Assembly (NCBI RefSeq): GCF_006345805.1
Contig: NC_043008.1
Span: forward strand, 51,336,001 to 51,400,000
Direction: 5' to 3'
Length of the DNA stretch: 64,000 bases
Source of the DNA: Octopus sinensis
Taxonomy: Eukaryota
The position numbers and the translations under genes were made by a program. Shown one piece after another: positions 38,563 to 52,244 of this stretch (position 1 is the first letter of the stretch; every line of letters starts with the position of its first letter). Under the pieces are notes generated by a model that saw only the letters and a program-made list of their open reading frames with translations, was not told the DNA's origin and did not search any database.

Positions 38563-39087
38563 GAGTGAAGAGGGCAGTGCATGTCATCAAAGTGACACTG
38601 GGGTAAAATATACGAAGCTCAGTATACCCATCATGACTACCCATCTGATAAGGGTACACCAGGCACATGCATCACAACCATAAGTGCGCGACATAGTGAT
38701 CTTATATTAAGATAAACAGCGCATGACCTTGCACATGGGGCCCAGTTAGAATGGTCCCTGAATATGGATTGTTTAAGGATGTTGAACAAACCACCCATGT
38801 TTCCAGAGGTGAATTATCCAAACCTCTAAGAATTCATTTCAACACATTGCTATGATGATCCCCCACTACTTCTGCTCGTGATCAGAGATGCACATATTGT
38901 CAGCCACCAAGGTACATGCCTCAATGGGTTAAGATCAAACAACTGACAAGCAAATCTGTGGTATTGAGCAGAATATTTGCTGTAGCCCATCTTTTATACC
39001 AAGACAAAACAATGTACATGATAACACTTCCAATCAGTTAAGATCAGAAGCCATGAGAGCCACTGCCTGGTACTGCATCAGGGCATT
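38563..39087 (-). mobile_element. ~540-bp TAA-embedded element, copy 3
   Basis: Reverse complement of copies 1 and 2; (TTA)n on the left, (TTC)n/(TTA)n on the right. Confidence 0.85.
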
Positions 39088-39176
39088 TTCTTCTTCTTCT
39101 TCTTCTTCTTCTTTTCTTCTTATTCTTCTTCTTCTTCTTCTTCTTCTTCTCTTTTCTTCTTCTTCTTCTTCTTCTT

Positions 39177-39207
<31 letters not shown>

Positions 39208-39274
39208 TTATATTATTATTATTATTATTATTATTATCATCATTCTTCTTCTTCTTCTTCTTCTTCTTCTTCTT

Positions 39275-39305
<31 letters not shown>

Positions 39306-40064
39306 TTATTATTATTATCATTCTTCTTCTTCTTCTTCTTCTTATAATTATTATTTTGTAGTAGTAGTAGTAGCAGCAGCTTCATGGAGAAAATTGGTCT
39401 TAGCGAGTAAATCGAGGATGAAAAGCCATCCAGCCATGCCTATCGCATCTTTTCGTGAGTTACAGTCTGCTCAAAATTGCATTACTCAAAGCCTCCTTCT
39501 TTCATGTAACAGTAGTGTTATTGAGGGACTTTGACTGCCATTTCAAGCAGGTCGAATGACCACGTAAAGACTCTGTTACCGGTTGTTACTGTTGTTGTTT
39601 AGCTCCAGGTCAGTCCTGATCAAGCAGAGCTACGATCAAATGCATTCCAACCGTGACCATCTAATCATTTTCGTATGTGCTGGGATGGAGACGGTGACAA
39701 GTGATTTGAGAGAATATTTGGCTGCTATGTCTAGCAGATTGAGTGATCGCGTATAGTTTCGGCTCCTTTGTTGATGCATGATAGTGGTGGTGGGGTGGGA
39801 GAAGAGAGAATGAGGACATTTGAGAAATTATAACAAAGAGACAGGGATTAGGAGGAGTAGCAGGAGGAGAAGAAGGGAAAGGAGGAGGTGCACTGCTGAA
39901 GGAGCGCGCAGAGTGGGAGAGATGGCAGATACGTAGGAAGGGATGAGCGGGAAGGGAAGGAGGAGGAGGAGAAAAACTCATGTGAGGTGAGGAAGAGGAG
40001 AGAGCGCGAAAGACAGGCGCGGCTGGCTAATGTAAGGCTTAGGAGTTGGACACAGCTGGAAGTG

Positions 40065-40525
40065 TGCATGTGTGTGTGTGTGTAAGTGTGTGTGCGTATA
40101 TGCGTGTGTGTGTGTGTGTTTGTATGTGTGTGTGTATGTGTGTAATAATATGTGTGTTAGTGTGTGTATGTGTATATGTGAGTGTATAAATATGTGTGTG
40201 TGTATATATGTCTGTGTATATGTGTGTGTGTGTGTTTGTGTAGAATATGTTGTGTATGTCTATGTGCATGTCTATATGTGTGTGTATGTGTGTGTATATG
40301 TGTGTATGTCTATGTCTGTATGTGTGTGTGTATGGAATATGTTGTGTATATGTAGTGTGTGTGTGTGTGCGTTGTGCAGTGTATAGTATGCACTGATTGT
40401 GTAGTGTGTAGTGTTATACAGAATGTGTATATGTGTGCATGTATGTGTCATCTGTGTCTGTGAGCGTGTATGCATGTGTATATGGCCCCACGCGCGTGAA
40501 TGTGTGTGTGTGTGTGTGTGTGTGT

Positions 40526-40561
<36 letters not shown>

Positions 40562-40764
40562 TTTATAATAGTCTGGATAACGCGTGTGTTTAAAGAAAAA
40601 AACGCGAGAGGTATATGAAGAGATAAATAGACAGAGAAACAGAGGAGATAGACGGATGGATGGATGGATAGATAGACAGGTAGATAGATAGATTGATAGA
40701 TAGATAGATAGATAGATAGATGGATAGATTGATAGATAGAAATAGATAGATAGATAGATAGATT

Positions 40765-40798
<34 letters not shown>

Positions 40799-40803
40799 CT
40801 GAT

Positions 40804-40874
<71 letters not shown>

Positions 40875-41110
40875 CAGGTAGATAGATAGATGAATAGATT
40901 GATAGATAGACGGATGGAGCGATAGATGGATAGGTGGATAAGAGAAGAGAGAGAGAGAGAGGGGGAGATAGAGAAAGTGGGAGAGAAAGAGTATGATAAA
41001 TCAGCAACAGTTGCGACTCACATGCAACAGGGCAATAGCAGCCGCGGCAGCAGCAGCAGCAGTTGTACAAGTAGTAGTAGTAGTAGTAGTGGTAGTAGTA
41101 GTAGTAGTTG
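40065..41110. repeat. Compound (GT)n, (AGT)n, (GATA)n, (GA)n microsatellite block
   Basis: Read directly. Confidence 0.93.
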
Positions 41111-41401
41111 TTGTTGTTTTTTCCAGTCCCAGGACGACGTACCTGATTTCAGCAGAACAAAGACGCTCCGGCCGTGATTATCCTGCCTTGTTTTTTTCAA
41201 GATAGTGTTGTATCTTGGACTACATACTCAAATGTATGGCATTTTTCTATCAAAGAGAGTAAGATACAATCTGAATGATTATTTGGCTGCTATTTCTAGC
41301 AGCATTAGCGATAGCAGTTGTAGTAACAGCAGCAAAAGTAGTAGTAGAATCCGTAATGATAGTAATAGCTGCAATTGTACATGCAACAGTAATAGTAGTA
41401 A

Positions 41402-41445
<44 letters not shown>

Positions 41446-41562
41446 TTAGTGATGGTGGTGGTGGTGGTTGTTTAAAAATCAGTAGCACTATATCAGTATC
41501 AGCTGTGTGTGAGGGTGCCTGAGTGTATGTGTTTATGTTTGTGTGTCGCTGTACTGAGACTT

Positions 41563-41597
<35 letters not shown>

Positions 41598-41786
41598 TGC
41601 ACATATAAACTGATATATGTACATACGTTCATACATGCATTCATTCATACATACATACATACATACATACATACACATACATACATACATCCATGCATGC
41701 ATGTATTATATATAAGTATATAAAATATGATATATATATATACATATGTAGAGATATATATGTATATATATATGTAGAGATATATG

Positions 41787-41849
<63 letters not shown>

Positions 41850-41930
41850 ATACACATACATATACATACGCACACATATATATAATACACACATATATAT
41901 ACACATATATATATACACACATACATATAC

Positions 41931-41989
<59 letters not shown>

Positions 41990-41994
41990 CTCTA

Positions 41995-42028
<34 letters not shown>

Positions 42029-42203
42029 ATTATATATATATATATATATATATCATATATCTATATGTTATATATATATGATACAATCACACATACACGC
42101 ATAAATACATCGACATATATACACGTATGTCGATATGGATAGGGACAGACAGACAATGAGACAGAGGTAGAGAGTATATTTAAGAGTGAGAGAGAGAGAG
42201 AGC

Positions 42204-42234
<31 letters not shown>

Positions 42235-42319
42235 GAGGAGTGACAAGGAGAGAGAGAGAGAGAGGGAGCGGTAACGGGGTGAACAATTAAAATACGTCTA
42301 TTTTTACATTTATGATTCA

Positions 42320-42989
42320 TGAATGAGATGGAAGATAGAGTTATGGCGAAGGCGACGGAGAGGGCGATGGTGATGGTGATGGAGATATCGGTGATGATGG
42401 TTGTGGTGGCAGTGGTGGTGGTGGTGGTGGTGGTGGTGGTGATGGTGGTGTAGGTTCAGGTGCTGGTGGTAGTGAGACGTTAATACTGAAGTGATGGTCG
42501 TGGTGTTGTGGTCGTTGTGGTGGCAGCGACGGGGGCGATGAAGGAGATGGCGATGGCGATGGTAGTGCTGGCCATGAGGGGGGGGGGGGGCGTGATGGTG
42601 GTGATGGTGGTGATGGTGGAGGTGGTGGCGATGCTGTTGATGATGGTGGTGGTGATGGTGATGGCGATGGTGGCAGAGGTGGTGGCGGTAGTGATGGCGG
42701 TAATGATGGGGGAGGCGTGGTGGTGGCGAAGGTGGTAGCGGCAGTGATGTTACTGGTGGTAGTGGTGATGGTGGCGGTGGCGATGATGGTGATGATGGTG
42801 GCCATCATCGCCACCATTGTCACCATCACAACGACCGCTACCGGCCACATGGTGATGGCGACGACGACGACGACGACGACGACGATGATGATGATGATGA
42901 TGATAATGATGATGACGATAATGAAAATGATGATGACGATGATGTTGATGATGAAGATGATGATGATGGTGATGATGATGATGATGATG

Positions 42990-43020
<31 letters not shown>

Positions 43021-43195
43021 GATGATGATGGTGGTGGTATGATGAGATGATGGTGATGATGATGATGATGATGGTGGTTGGTGGTGTGGTGGTGATGATG
43101 AGATGGTGATGATGATGAGATGATGATGGATGATGATGGTGATGATGATGATGATGATGTGGTGGTTATGATGATGATGATGGTGAGATGAGATG

Positions 43196-43260
<65 letters not shown>

Positions 43261-43357
43261 GATGATGATGGTGGTGGTTATGATGATGATGATGGTGATG
43301 ATGATGATGAATGATGGTGGTGGTGGTGATGGTTGTGATGATGATGATGAGGATGAC

Positions 43358-43406
<49 letters not shown>

Positions 43407-43490
43407 GTTATGATGATGATGATGATAGTGGTGATAGTGGTGGAGGAGGAGGAGGAAGAGGTAGAGGAAGAGGTTGTGGGGGATGGAGGT
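42320..43490. repeat. ~1.2-kb (GGT)/(GAT)/(GAC) trinucleotide array
   Basis: Read directly; poly-Met/Pro/His ORFs are artefacts. Confidence 0.95.
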
Positions 43491-44005
43491 GGTGAGAAGT
43501 ATTGAATATTCGTTCTGGGTTTCGATATTCAGTTCCGTCTTCTCGCCAGAAATGTATAAACGCGGGAAATTTGTTGTGTACATATACATAAAACACATGC
43601 ACACTCACACACACACAGACACACACACATACATACATATATACATGAATACATTCACATACATAACCACACAGAAATATGTATATGCATGCACATATGC
43701 ACATAGATATATGTATACACTTATACATGTACATATACACACACATAATACATATGCACTTATATGTATACATACATATATACACATACATAACCACGCT
43801 CACACTCGCACATATACATATATATATATGCATGCATTCATATACATACATATACATACATAACCACACACACGCACATACGCATACACATATATATACA
43901 TATAGAGATACATATATGTATACATGCATACTTACATAACCACATGCACACATACATGAACACATACATACACACACATGCACACATATATATATATTTT
44001 AATGC

Positions 44006-44043
<38 letters not shown>

Positions 44044-44762
44044 ACACACACATACACACCTATATACACACATATACATAAGTGTGAGTGTGTGTGCTCG
44101 CGCATGGTGTAAGTTCGGCGTTCCATGATGCGGATTCAGCTATCTGAGATGGACTGAATTATCTTCTTTTGGATTAATGCGTAAGTGGCCGAGTATCTCA
44201 CAGACACATGTACCCTTAAAATGTTTCTCAAGCAGAATCAATGTGCCGCAATAATTTGCATTTTCAGTTCAAATCGGATATAATCTACCCGACAGGCTTC
44301 TGTACAGTTTTCGTGCAATCGCCTTCATTCAAAAAGGAATGGGTCGTCTCGAAGCTATAGAAGATGACAATTGCCCAAGATACCATGCAATGGGCTCGAA
44401 GCCAAGATCTCAAGGTTGCAAAGCATACATCTAAATTATCCGCTCACACTGCACCAGATGTGAGTTTGTGTGTGGATGTGTGCATGTGTATGTATGTATG
44501 TATGTATGTATGTATGTATGTATGTATGTATGTATGTATGTATGTGTGTATGTATGTATGTATGTATGTATGAATGTATGTCATTGTTCAGTATTATTTC
44601 AATAATTCTTGCCAATAGAGAAAGAGCCGGGTTTTAACCTAGATCGAAGGCTCCTTCATTACAATTTCATAATCAACAACACGATAATTTTGTTTGTATG
44701 TATGTATGTATGTATGTATGTATGTATGTATGTATGTATGTATGTATATAAATATAATATGT

Positions 44763-45130
44763 CAGGTCACTTTCGAGTGCTACTGGTAACATGTAACCCA
44801 GTACAACCTGCTGCATGGTCGGGTCGTCGGCGACTAAACCGGCAACCCCACCAAGCTTGCTTGGTGAGGAGGGTGTTTATTGGACACCCTGTGGGATGAA
44901 AAACAAAACCCGTCAAAGGGCGGAGGAACTCTTGAGAGTCAACGGCCATTCAATAAATGTTAAGACATGCGCGGGGACATAGAAATAATCGGACTGAATA
45001 CCTGATCGCGTGGTTAAACCATTGGGAGTGAAGGACTCCTAGCCTTTGTTAGGGCATCCTTCTAGGAGAAGGTAACTCAAGTAACTGGGATAACTCCGAC
45101 ATAAAACCTGCGGCTCAGTGGTTATCGATG
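44763..45130 (+). mobile_element. Probable RTE-clade 5' UTR fragment
   Basis: GC-richer island with ccttctaggagaaggtaactc...aaacc, resembling recalled RTE 5' UTR motifs; no ORF follows. Confidence 0.4.
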
Positions 45131-45334
45131 AAGTTGACTTGTTCTCCTTTTCGGATTATGACTGCTGTTGCTTAGTGAGTGGGATTGACTCAGTGCACAG
45201 CCTTTCCTCACTTAAAAAAAAAATCTTCTTGCGCAGGCATTGCACGATAACAACATTGATTAAGCTTCGTGCAATGGCCATACTCGATAACGAGGGGCAG
45301 CCACCATATAAATATAAATATAAATATAAATTAA

Positions 45335-45383
<49 letters not shown>

Positions 45384-45621
45384 ATATATTATATATATAT
45401 TTTTTTATTCGCATGCCTGGCGATCCTAGCGTCCTCCCGTGAAATATAAAATAATTTTTTTCAGTTTATCATACTTCGATATGGAAAAAATCCACAACTT
45501 TCCGCCCCAGTAAACTGCTATTGCTCCAGAAAGTTTTTTTTATATATTTTCTACGAATTGCTTGAAGCTGAGTTTCTTCCTACACCACGATCCTGGGATG
45601 TTACATTTATACATCAACACA

Positions 45622-45667
<46 letters not shown>

Positions 45668-45750
45668 ACACACATGTATATATATACGCCATGATAGATC
45701 GCTAGCCAATACACATTCTTTATTTTCTCTCCTTGTTTCTTTCTGTGTTC

Positions 45751-45786
45751 CTTTCTGTGGAAGAGCGTAGGCTCGAAACGTTAATG
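45751..45786 (+). ncRNA. Variant minimal hammerhead motif
   Basis: cuuu CUGUGGA a gagc-guag-gcuc GAAA CG UU aaug; A6>U and one stem I mismatch. Confidence 0.45.
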
Positions 45787-46379
45787 ACTTTTTCACTTCC
45801 CGAGCGTTATACTAAAGACAAAGACAGGTGGTGTAGACAACAAACAGATGTATTAGTATATATATATATTTCTTGTGTACACACTGATTATTATTGGTGA
45901 TACATTTTTATATTAATCACGTTTGAAAAATCTATTACCTAAAATTGCAATTTTTAATTCGTAATTATTATAGTTCATGCAGAAAGCATTATCCAATTAA
46001 TTAGCGTATTATATTTACCCGTAAATTTTCTTTCAATGACGTGTTCCTAAGGAAGATATTTTCTGGTTGATTAATATATTAAGCTACACTAGTTATATAG
46101 TTTATAATCTTCTGACATGCGTTAAACTAAAAGTGCGTTTTTTTATGATGCTTTATTTTATATACAGTTACGTTGTTTATATAAACTATTGTAGGTTACC
46201 AACACATCCGTTTGAGAATAAATACTTTTCAGTAACTTTAATAGGCATATATTCATATCTATTGATAGATACAGAAGGTTACAATCTCCGACATACATAA
46301 AGTACATATTTCACAAATTCGTTTGGACAAACACAGAAGTATTTGTCCAAATTATAGTCCAGTGAGATAATATACCAAA

Positions 46380-46790
46380 CTTAAATTACTTTACATATAT
46401 ATTATACCAATGTCCATGAAAATTTTTAATTCTATGGTTACATGTTGATACGATTTCCAAGTGCCTATTAAGTATTTGTTGTTTGCCAAAAATAATTTCT
46501 AGTGTCTCTTCTAAGCATAAGTTGCAGTACCGAGAGATTCCATTGTAGGGTTTGGTATTTTTCAGTTTAGAGCATTTTGATGTATACACCTTTCCACTTC
46601 AATTTAAATTCCAGATGAAACTCGTTACTGGAGTGCAGAAAAATATGCGATGGGGTTTCTTTAGCAGTGTTTCACCATGTCAGCATTTGCACCAATGTAC
46701 ACATATTTTTGTGCTTTTGACTGTACTTCACATTTATAAATAACACCCCTTTAAGAAAATCGTAGATAGCAACCCAGCAGGCACTAGCTA
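46380..46790 (-). pseudogene. Penelope-like GIY-YIG endonuclease fragment
   Basis: GVIYKCEVQSKAQKYVYIG ... KPYNGISRYCNLCLEETLEIIFGKQQILNRHLEIVSTCNHR; disrupted. Confidence 0.8.
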
Positions 46791-47684
46791 ATGTATACAA
46801 ATATTGCTTATAACGATAACAAAATAATATATTTATGGAAAACATTTAAGCTAACAAGATGATGTTAGCATATTCTGGTTACCAAACTAATGATAAATGA
46901 TCTAAGGCGAGACGGAAAGGTGTGATTAGGGCAGACGTTAGATCGCCATTATCTTAAATTTGATCTAATATACAGTGTAGCCCAAATGAAGAAAAATATC
47001 ATAACCAATACAGTACAACACATTGCTCTTAATGTGAATTTTATCCTCTCTATAATCTTCGTACATTGTTCAGAACTGATAATGGTAAAATGAACCTTTG
47101 TTTTATTATTTCCATGTTTGTTCAGTCATAACCGAAACCCATGGGGTGAGGAGGACGTCTGGCGTCTTCAGTGAAATCTAATGAGAGTTTTTCTTTTTTC
47201 TTTTTTCTTTGGCTTGCTGTGACGACAAGCAAAAGTAACGCCCAGTACATTTTTCTTTTCCTTTTTGTCTCTTCCTTTGATGTGCTGCAACGATTCACAA
47301 GTAACGTCTAAAATTTAACGGAGCATTTTGATTTGTGTAAGGGTAAATGTCAGTAAGTAAAAACATAGGACCAGCTAAAAAAGCATTAACGTAACTGCCT
47401 AACGAAACATATACATGGTAATGGGTTCAAACTCGAGATTCATAGATATTATTAACACTCTCTAACAATGTTATGAATATGAAAATATCCCCACAAATGA
47501 TCACGTGGGATGCAAAAACATATGTCGTGATACATTAACAAAACCTATACATTTCCATCCGCATGTCATTTTCGGTATTATTATATTTATCTTAAGCTAT
47601 AAGGAGTTCTGCATGCATAAGCATCCCATAGGATGACACTGGAAGATACGAATAACAGGTGCCATATTATTATTATTATTATTA

Positions 47685-47729
<45 letters not shown>

Positions 47730-47733
47730 CATT

Positions 47734-48276
47734 GAGTGAGAGAGCAGTTCATGCCATCAAAGTGACACGGGGTAAAATATACGAAGCCCAGTATACCCAT
47801 CATGACTACCCGTCTGATAAAGGTACACCAGGCACATGCATCACAACCATATGTGCGCGACATGGTGATCTCATATCAAGATACAGCACATGACCTTGCA
47901 GGTGGGGCCCAGTTAGAATTTCTTCAGGTTGAGTAGCCCATCCCACTCAAACGGTCCCTGAATAAGGGTTGTTTAAGGATGTTGAAAGAACCACCCATGT
48001 TTCCAGAGGTGAATATTCAAACCCCAAGAATCCCTCTCAACACATGGCTATGATGCTCCCCACTACTTCTTGCTCGTGATCAAGATGCACATATCGTCAG
48101 CCACTAAGGGACTTGCTCAACTGGTTAAGGTCAAAAACTGACAAGCAAATCTGTGGTATTGAGCAGATATTTGCTGTAGCCCATCTTTTATACCAGACAA
48201 AACAATGTACATGATAACACTTCCAATCAGTTAAGATCAGAAGCCATGAGAGCCACTTCCTGGTACTGCATCAGGG

Positions 48277-48280
<4 letters not shown>
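47734..48280 (-). mobile_element. ~540-bp TAA-embedded element, copy 4
   Basis: Long (TTA)n on both sides. Confidence 0.88.
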
Positions 48281-48322
<42 letters not shown>

Positions 48323-48326
48323 TATT

Positions 48327-48360
<34 letters not shown>

Positions 48361-48619
48361 TAATAATAATAATAATAATAATAATAAGTTTGTACAGAAG
48401 TTTGTACTGTTTGTCAAGTCACGACAAGGTCCTCAGACAGAACTTTACGCAATATGCGTGCAGTACCAAATAATGCTCACTTTTGCAATATACCTAGATT
48501 GCAGGGTATTTCTAAACGTAACTATATCCGGCTTTCGGTGCTCTAATACCTTGTCTGCCTGGAAGTCAAAGTCCAAGAGGGTTTTTGCCTCCCCTTTTTC
48601 ATCCATTACTCTTTCCAGT

Positions 48620-48680
<61 letters not shown>

Positions 48681-48681
48681 T

Positions 48682-48905
48682 TAAGATGGCGAGCCGGTAG
48701 AATCGGTAGCTCTCTGGGCGAAATGCTTAGCGGCATTTCGTCCGTCCTTACGTTCTGAGTTCAAATTTCGCTTATGTCGACTTTGCCTTTCATCCTTTGG
48801 GGTCAATGAAATAGATGTCAGTGACTTACTGCGGTTGATGTAATCGACTAGCTTCTCTCCACCCCCACCAAAAAAATTACATGCCTTATGCCTATGGTAA
48901 TTAAG
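48682..48905 (+). mobile_element. SINE family B (alternative tail)
   Basis: ttctgagttcaaatttcg...ctttgcctttcatcctttggggtc; tail aattacatgccttatgcc. Confidence 0.8.
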
Positions 48906-49078
48906 AATTATTGTTATTAATATTTTACTTCTCACAGCTCTCGGTCTCACTTGCTCTGGTTCATTCGGTTAGAGCAGACAGCAACCTGCTGTCAGGGGTC
49001 TCACAGGGTCCATTTCCGCAAATTATAAGCTTCGGCACTTGGATGTTAACTTATCACGGAAGACACTCAACACCCAAG

Positions 49079-49333
49079 TCATCATCATCATTGTTCGACT
49101 GTGGTCGAGACAATGGAATTTACCATGCTACGCCAGACTTCACGGTTCATCATGGCATTACGGAGGTCCTGTTGCTGGATGCCTGTATCCCTGGAGATTA
49201 CATCAGGGTAGGAGAGTGTGCGCCCTCTGGTATTGCGAGTAGATGGCTTCCAGAGGAGAAGAGTAGAAATTACCACTTTTTCAGCTCTACAACAATGTCC
49301 AGCAAACTGGACTCTCTTACCTTTCACAAGAGA
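49079..49333 (-). mobile_element. RTE-clade LINE 3' end
   Basis: RVQFAGHCCRAEKVVISTLLLWKPSTRNTRGR...SIVSTTVEQ* then (TGA)n. Confidence 0.85.
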
Positions 49334-49577
49334 TGACACAATCAAAGCCGGAATACTGCAGGGAGACACACTTGCCCCATTTCTTTTCATCATTGTTGTT
49401 GATTATGTGCTACGTATGTCAGTTGATACCATCTCTGGCAAGGGCTTTGAAATAAAACCAAGAAGAAGTTCCAGACACCCAGCTGAGTACTTGACAGACA
49501 CTGACTTTTCTGACGACATCGCTCTTATCAGTGATTCTCTCTCCAATGCCAAGTCTCTTTTACAATCTCTTGAACAC
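49334..49577 (+). pseudogene. RTE-clade RT core fragment, inverted relative to the adjacent 3' end
   Basis: AGILQGDTLAPFLFIIVVDYVLR...LTDTDFSDDIALIS (QGD and [Y/F]xDD motifs). Confidence 0.88.
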
Positions 49578-49914
49578 CCAAGTACCAACCTCAAAATTCT
49601 AGCTGTCCCCAATAGAGCAGTTTTTGTGCGTGCTCTGCCCTCATGCCAATTTCAGTTTCTCTGGCATATTTCTTGAATCCCGTTGATAGTGCTTCAAGTG
49701 CCCTTACAACTACTAGGATAACAGTTACTCTTCTCGTTGCCCACATTCTTGCAATTTTGTCTTTTTGTAGTCTGTATTTCTCCATCTTTTCCAGCCCTTT
49801 GTCATCTGCGCGTGCATCCCCAGATGGCAATATTTATGATCTTGGTTTCCTTTTTTCTTCTATCTACCACAACAATGCCTGGTCTCCGAGCTTCGATTAG
49901 GGAGTCACATTGGA
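49578..49914 (-). pseudogene. R4/Dong-like REL LINE, C-terminal fragment
   Basis: LIEARRPGIVVVDRRK...EKYRLQKDKIARMWATRRVTVILVVV...ALLGTARILRLVL; 5' end abuts (TAA)n. Confidence 0.8.
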
Positions 49915-49915
49915 G

Positions 49916-49986
<71 letters not shown>

Positions 49987-50071
49987 GCTGTTGTTGTTGT
50001 TACTGTTGTTGTTGTTGTTGTTGTTATTATTATCATTATTATTATTATTATTGTTGTATTATTGTATTATT

Positions 50072-50940
50072 CCTTCGTAACACAGTGTAGGTAAATGTGC
50101 ATCGGAGTCTTTAGTCATCTGTCAAGTAACAACAGGTACCTCAGACAGATAATACTTTCCTTAAGATGTGCGCTGTGACCAACAAGGCTGCTTTTTGCAA
50201 GACATCAACCTTGCATGGGGTTTACAGTTGCCTTAAGAAGTCTTGAAGTTTCAATGGGATTGAGTCCAACGCTCCGATCACCACTGATATCACTTTTACA
50301 TTACCCTCTCGCATTCCATACAGTGTTGCCATTTCCACTTTCAATTCGGAGTACTTGGTGGTTTCTTTTCAACCTCTTTACTCACAACATTCATGTCATT
50401 TGGTGTGGCTACATCAATGATCTGACAGTATTTGTCTCTCTTATTCAATATGACAATATCCGGCCGAAGGTGTTCGTTTACACGATCCATCTGAAAATCA
50501 TAGTCCCAGAGTATAGTTATTTTCCCATCCTCCTGCATAACTTTCCGGTACATGTTCATACCATTCCTCTGTTATTTCATATTGGTATTTACGGTATAAG
50601 AGCCAATGAAGATACACACACACACACACACTTTATCGTGGCGGCGCTTGTATTCTTTTTGCGCAAGGCTCTCACATCCACTTACCAAATGGGTCACATT
50701 TTCCACACTCTTTCCACAGCCTGCATTTCTGGGTGTCAAATGTTTTATAGATGTTTTACTTCACTGAATTGGTAGCGAGAGCCTGGTCTTGTGCATCAAT
50801 GATCAGGCTTTTGGTGGAACGCTTCAAATCACCTCGCTCTAGCCATGCCCACCACTATGCTGTATTATCCATAACATCTTGTGTATTCCTTTCAAACTGT
50901 CCATGCATTCTCATTTCAAGGTTTCTTTCTCTTCTCCTCA
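50072..50940 (-). pseudogene. R4/Dong-like REL LINE, 3' ~870 bp including 3' UTR
   Basis: MHGQF...WLERGDLKRSTKSLIIDAQDQALATN...HLVSGC...ILWDYDFQMDRVNEHLRPDIVILNKRDKYCQIIDVATP...QKAALLVTAHILRKVLSV*; UTR ends in (AAT)n. Confidence 0.87.
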
Positions 50941-50944
50941 GTCT

Positions 50945-51212
50945 TGGTAAAAAACTTTTCATCCTCCTCCCCATCCTTCCCTCCTCCTTCCCCCCCCTCC
51001 TCCTCCCCTCCCCTCCTTTTCCTCCTCCTCTCCTCCTCCTTTTCCTCCTCCTCCCCTCCTTTTCCTCCTCCTCCCCTCCTTTTCCTCCTCCTCCACCTCC
51101 TCTTCCTCCTCTTCTCCTTCCCCCCGCCTCCTTCTCCCATCCTCCGCCTCCCCCTCCGCCTCCCCCTCCGCCCCCCCCCTCCGCCCCATCCTTCTCCTCC
51201 TCTCCCTCTTAC

Positions 51213-51248
<36 letters not shown>

Positions 51249-51433
51249 CACCACCACCAAATCCACCACCACCACCACCACCACCACACCACCACCACCA
51301 CCACCACCACCACCACCACCACCACTACAACTACCACCACCACCACCACCACCACCACCACCACCACCACTACAACCACCACCACCACCACCACCACCAC
51401 CACCACCACCACCACTACTACTACTACTACTAT

Positions 51434-51481
<48 letters not shown>

Positions 51482-51495
51482 CACTACTACTACTG
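50945..51495. repeat. (CCT)n/(ACT)n/(ACC)n block
   Basis: Read directly. Confidence 0.95.
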
Positions 51496-52207
51496 AGATC
51501 CTTTTTTGCCTTGTTGGTCATTCAGTATTGTAGTGGTATTTTTTATTATACTGTAGTCGAAAACTATTCGCACCTATTGAGATTGGAAACATGCGATGCA
51601 AAGACGTATGAATTTGAACCCAGAACTGCAAGCTAAAATGACACCAAAATGGTATGGTAAAAGCGGATAGCTTAGCGGTTTAAGGTGTTGCATTCAAGAT
51701 CACACGATTATGGTTTCGATACCGGAACCGGGTGGCGCGTTTTGTTCTTGAGCAAAACGCTTAAATTTCACGTTGCTCTCGTCCGAGTCCATTCAGCAGC
51801 AGATGAATAACCCTGCGACGGGCTGGCATCTCGTTCAGAGAGAAATATTGTGATTGCAATCTTTTATCCGCCATAGGAATCGAGTAACAGGCCCTATCAG
51901 TCCTAGGACTCCACATAGTAAAATAATGTCATTACTATCATTACTAGTTGGACCCGTGGACATTCCACAGAACGAAAAAGATTAAGAGAAGCTATTTAAG
52001 AAAGAATGAAAGGATGATTTGCATTTTTATTTTTATTTTGCTAAGTATTTCACAGCCAATCACAATAATATATTATGTGACTTTAAAATTCCCTCTGCTA
52101 AGCACTCTATATTTCTCTCTTTCTCTGTATCTCTTCAACAAACTTCAACAAACTTTTTAACCATGTCTTTAACACTTCTCTCTTTCCGTTTACCGCTCAC
52201 TTCCACT

Positions 52208-52244
<37 letters not shown>

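Noticed and set aside
42341-43505. Poly-Met, poly-Pro and poly-His ORFs
   Set aside because: Trinucleotide microsatellite with no unique coding context or splice evidence
50751-51636. 200-260 aa low-complexity ORFs
   Set aside because: (CCT)/(ACC)/(ACT) repeats plus the antisense strand of an R4 fragment
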